In this document: in pieces, positions 59,361-64,000 of the stretch | Layout of the letters: each line of letters starts with the position of its first letter | Position numbering within the stretch: position 1 is the stretch's first letter | Assembly: GCF_009914755.1 (NCBI RefSeq) | Contig: NC_060947.1 | Direction: 5' to 3' (one strand) | DNA length: 64,000 bases | From: the human T2T-CHM13v2.0 reference genome, Homo sapiens | Notes under the pieces: generated by a model | Database searches by the model: none | Told to the model about the DNA's origin: nothing | The model's input: the letters and a program-made list of their open reading frames with translations, nothing else | Made by a program: the position numbers and the translations under genes

Positions 59361-60643
59361 AGACTCCCTCTAATCCCTTAATCAAGTAATCATCAATAAT
59401 TCTTAAATGCACTAAGAGCATTCACGATTTGAAATAACCCAGAGGTTCTTTCATGAATTATTTCATGACAGTTTTTTTGGAAACCAGCAACATCATTTCC
59501 TCATTTATCTTTTATAAGTTTAGATATCCACATATCAATTTTTTAAAAGTAGGACTCAAATGTACATATACAAATAAGTCTCTTATGCATTTGTTGATTT
59601 GGTGGAACATGTTCTATACCAAGACACTGTTGTCTTTTCATATTTGCATGTCAAGAATCTAGTATATGTCTAACACGCAGTGATGGTCAACGAATACTTG
59701 TTGAAGGAATAAATGAACAAGGGAATGAAGAAGGAATTACTTAGAAATCTTAACCATCATTTATGTCAAGGCTTAAATGATGATTACTATAAGGCTACCA
59801 TTGATAATTTGTCATGGATCGAATAAGTCTTTATTTTTGTACAAGGATTAATTTCTTTCAGCATGCTGGTAAAAGCAAGTTATATGACACTCTTAAGTCA
59901 GGGAAGAACCCAGTGGTCATTTCATTTCCTTAGGCCACACTTGTAAAATTTTCACTGTTTTTATTTACAGTCACACATGTACAGTCCTCAGAAACTCAAC
60001 AGTGTTTTTTGTATGGTGCTATGGTTTCCATGGCAATTGTGTTTACATTACTGTTATTAGTAGGGGGAAAAGGGGAGATAGAAACACTAACAATGGTAAT
60101 GTTATTTCACTGTGTGTTACTGGACTGCTCCAGGAATGAGACTGATGGCTCAAGTATAATGGAGAACAGAAACTGTGACTGCAGCAGGGATTCCACCTGG
60201 ATTTCATGATTGAGAAATCGGCACTGCCAAAGCTTTATAATCCAAGGCTTCCCTATTACTTTACATTGAAAGTCTTAATGACCAGCAAATTCTCGGCTGT
60301 TTAGCCTTACTTTTGAATAACAAGATTTTAGAAATATCTTGAAATGGTTTCGATATTTTAAAACTGAAATCAAAATAGCAAGAAACCATTGTGACTTCCT
60401 ATTGTATTTTCCCCACTGCAACGACTCAGTAGGTATTATCGGATCACAGAACAGCTGACAAATAACATGTCAATTTCTGTCAACATTGTATATTTTACAC
60501 ATGCATCACGTGCATACATTTGCACAGCCAAGTAAGGATTACTAGTAGCTAAAGACTTAAAAATTCTCCTGTGGATCTCCAGACCTCCAGTCTCTAGGCC
60601 AGTCCCAACTTCAGTTATAAATATCAGAGATACACCGTTGCTC

Positions 60644-60953
60644 GGCCGGGCACGCTGGCTCACGCCTGTAATCCCAGCACTTTGGGAGGCCGAGGTGGGC
60701 GGATCACGAGGTCAGGAGATCCAGACCACGGTGAAACCCCGTCTCTACTAAAAATACAAAAAATTAGCCAGGTGCGGTGGCAGACGCCTGTAGTCCCAGC
60801 TACTCAGGAGGCTGAGGCAGGAGAATGGTGTGAACCCGGGAGGCGGAGCTTGCAGGGAGGCGGAGCTTGCAGTGAGCCGAGATCGCGCCACTGCACTCCA
60901 GCCTGGGCGACAGAGCGAGACTCTGTCTCACAAAAAAAAAAAAAAAAAAAAAA
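60644..60953 (+). mobile_element. AluY with 12-bp left-arm deletion (Yd-lineage-like) and 17-bp internal tandem duplication
   Basis: gagatccagaccacggtgaaacc; gggaggcggagcttgca twice (60838-60871); long poly(A). Confidence 0.92.
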
Positions 60954-61865
60954 AGATGTATAATTGCTCATCTGCTTATAGGTTATCAGCCTTGATTAAA
61001 TATTAGAAACACCTAGGGAGTTTGAAAAATCACTTATGACTGGAAGCCCCTCCTAGGTGATTTAATTTGTTGTAGGGTTGTCCTCCAATAATTATCCAAG
61101 CTGATTCCATTGTGTGGTCATTGTTGAAAACTTTTACTTTATGTCCTGTGCTGATACTCTGGTTTTCTAATCCAAACCCATTTGCTTTTGTCCCTACTTC
61201 AAAGGTCTTTCTAGCACTGGCACCTTGCCTTGCATTAATACTGGAGACCTAACTTTGAGTGGTCTTGTGGGTGAGGTTGTTCACTTGATTGTTTACCTTT
61301 GTGCCATTTGCCTACATTTTGAATTTGGGCTCCTTGTGGAGTCTTTGCTGGACCAGCTTGTCAATATATACTCTACTTGACCACTAAGTGGTGCATGCTT
61401 ACCCGGGTGGCATCTGTTATTTTGTCTATTATCCCATATGTAGGCTATCACATTTTGCCTCCTAGCCTTTGCCTACCTTCCCAGAACCTTTTGCTCCACA
61501 GAGGGTAGGTCTCCTAGGCACCTTCCTTTCTCAGCCTATTTCATTATGTTGCTGTTTCCTGGGCCGTGTCTGGTTGTGTTCAAAGATATGAAAAACCACA
61601 AATAATTTACATAAGCTCATATATTTTACGTAGGAAATGCTTTTGCTCAAATAACCCAGGCATTTATAAATGGTGTCAGAATTCTTAAGACTCTTTAAGT
61701 CACATGGTTTGAAAAGGAAGTAAAAGTTTTCTTAAAGATCTTTGGAAAGGAGAAAGGGAATTCACTTGAAAGAAATACAAGGCTCAATTCCAAAACCAAA
61801 GCTATCTTTAACTTCATAAAGAAATTTATTTTATTGACACACTTCTTTTTCTTACTCTCCACTCC

Positions 61866-62334
61866 TGTAGCAGAAACAAAGCTCTCTGGTCACCAAACTG
61901 TCTTGTTTTCCTTTTCCTGGGCAGACAGGGAGACTCATTTCCTTGGCCTTTTCGTAGTTGAGACCACATAGCAGGGTCCTTCCCAGTGGGATACTAGTGG
62001 GAGCTATTGAAGCCATTCCCAAACCAAGTCCTTAAAAGCACCCATCTGGTCGCCTAGCTGCCCAGTCTTCTCTTTTCCTGCTGCCACACCCTTGGGAGCC
62101 ATGTGTTCCAAATGGTGCAGCTACAAGATGGCAGAGTCTAGGATGGAGGCCAGTGTGGTTGGAGTTGAATACAGGGGTAGAGTTGTAGATTCTCCTGTAG
62201 ATTCTTCTCCTTTGTAGGGAAGATCCTCATTGACTATCTCCATTGGATTTTTGATGTGAGGGAGAAATATACCTTGGTGAAACCATTGGAGTTTTTTGGT
62301 CACCACAGAATAAGTTAGCTATCTAATCAACACA
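61866..62334 (+). mobile_element. MaLR solo LTR, MLT1H-like
   Basis: tgtagcag...cttttcctgggcagacagggagactcatttcc...gatgtgagggagaaatata...ctaatcaacaca. Confidence 0.65.
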
Positions 62335-62526
62335 TCTCATTTCTATTTTTAAAATATTTTGCTCCGAGATATAATTGAGAAAGCAATACAAAGTTTGATG
62401 TAGAACTACTTGATGAAGATAAGTGACCAAAACCTTTTACCATAGCAGGATTAAAGTATAATAAACTCTGAAATATTCCTATGATATTATTCTAGTTTAT
62501 TATATTCATGTCTGTACAGGAAATGA

Positions 62527-62871
<345 letters not shown>

Positions 62872-62959
62872 ACAAATTCTTACAAACAAAAATCACGGAA
62901 CAGAATCTAACTGTTTGATGTATGTTTTATATCTCTATAATGTTATAAGGTCCTGGGAT

Positions 62960-64000
62960 GGAAATTATCACAATATTAATCACACCTTTCTCCTTGATAC
63001 TTGTTTTCGCTTAGTTTCTAGAACACCACCTTCTTCTGATTTTCCTCCAATCTCAGCAGTCACTAATTCTTTTTTAAAATTATTTTTTATTTTACTTTAA
63101 GGTCTGGGATACAAGTGCAGAACGTGTAGGTTTGTTGTTGTAGGTAAACGTGTGCCATGGTGGTTTGCTGTACTTATCAACCCGTCATCTAGGTTTTAAG
63201 CCCTGCATGCATTAGCTATTTGTCTTAATGCTTTCCCTTCCCTTGCCCCCAACCCCCAACTGGCCCCAGTGTGTGTTGTTCCCCTCCCTGTGTCCGTGTG
63301 TTCTGATTGTTCAACTCCCACTTATGAGTGAGAACATGCAGTGTTTGGTTTTCTGCTGCTGTGTTAATTTGCTGAGAATGATGGCTTCCAGCTTAATCCA
63401 TGTCCCTGCAAAGGATATGATCTCATTTCTTTTTATGGAACAGCCACTAATTCTAAGTCCCTTTTGCTGGTTTCTTCTAATCTCCTTAAATTCTGAAGGT
63501 CTGGCCGCTCCAGGCCTCAGTCCTTGGACCTATTCTCTTTTCTACATAAAATCCTCACTTGATCTTATCATTTATTTTCAGGACTATAAATGCCATGTAT
63601 ACATCAAGAACTCCAAATTCATATCTCCAGTTGTGATTCTCCCCTGAACTCCAGATTTGTATATCTAGCTGACTTCTTGACATCTCCATTTGGATGTCTA
63701 ACAGGCACATCAAACTTAGCATAAGCAAAACTAAATTCATGATCTTTCTCCTGGAGACCTCTTCCTTCCACAGTCTTTCTTGTCTCAGTAATAGGCAATT
63801 CCATTTTTCCAGTTGCTTAGGCTGAAATTCTTGGAGTCAGTTTTGGCTCCTCTCTTTCATTTCATACATTCAATCTGTCAGCAAATTCAGAATCCAACTA
63901 CGTATTTCCCCACTGCTTTCACAATGTTCTTTATTTGGATTATTGCCTTCTAACTGCACTACCACAATCTATTTTCAACACTGAAGCTAGAGTAATCTTG
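62960..64000 (+). mobile_element. L2, split by an L1PA 3' end
   Basis: ctataaatgccatgtatacatcaagaactccaaattcatatctccag...ttgacatctccatttggatgtctaacaggcacatcaaacttagcat. Confidence 0.85.
63071..63440 (-). mobile_element. L1PA8-like short 3' end
   Basis: 3' UTR atcaacccgtcatctaggttttaagccctgcatgcattag; TSD cag(t/c)cactaattct at 63057-63070 and 63441-63454. Confidence 0.92.

Overview
This is human genomic DNA: an AluYb8-diagnostic element and an SVA are present. The window is AT-rich, CpG-poor and repeat-dense, so it is intergenic or deep intronic. I can support no intact protein-coding gene, RNA gene or CRISPR array. The long ORFs in the track are broken LINE-1 ORF2 pieces, a decayed ERVL pol, or antisense/frame artefacts of L1, Alu and SVA. 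Family and subfamily names come from my recall of consensus sequences and need RepeatMasker/Dfam confirmation. The interesting structure is what repeat annotation alone would hide. (1) An SVA whose true target-site duplication (TSD) lies about 300 bp beyond its poly(A), i.e. a 3' transduction disguised as an old L1 fragment. (2) A 2.8-kb block carrying an ancient LTR-less ERVL pol sits inside a much younger L1PA, an age inversion. (3) Three short segments (149, 79 and ~260 bp) are copied from donors a few kb away without retrotransposition marks, and two small fold-back/iterative insertions are also present. (4) An AluYb8/AluS mosaic. (5) A probable L1PB 3' transduction. (6) A degenerate ~26/27-bp dimeric minisatellite. 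I found no evidence for a new gene system; the best candidate for something undescribed is the cluster of locally templated insertions.
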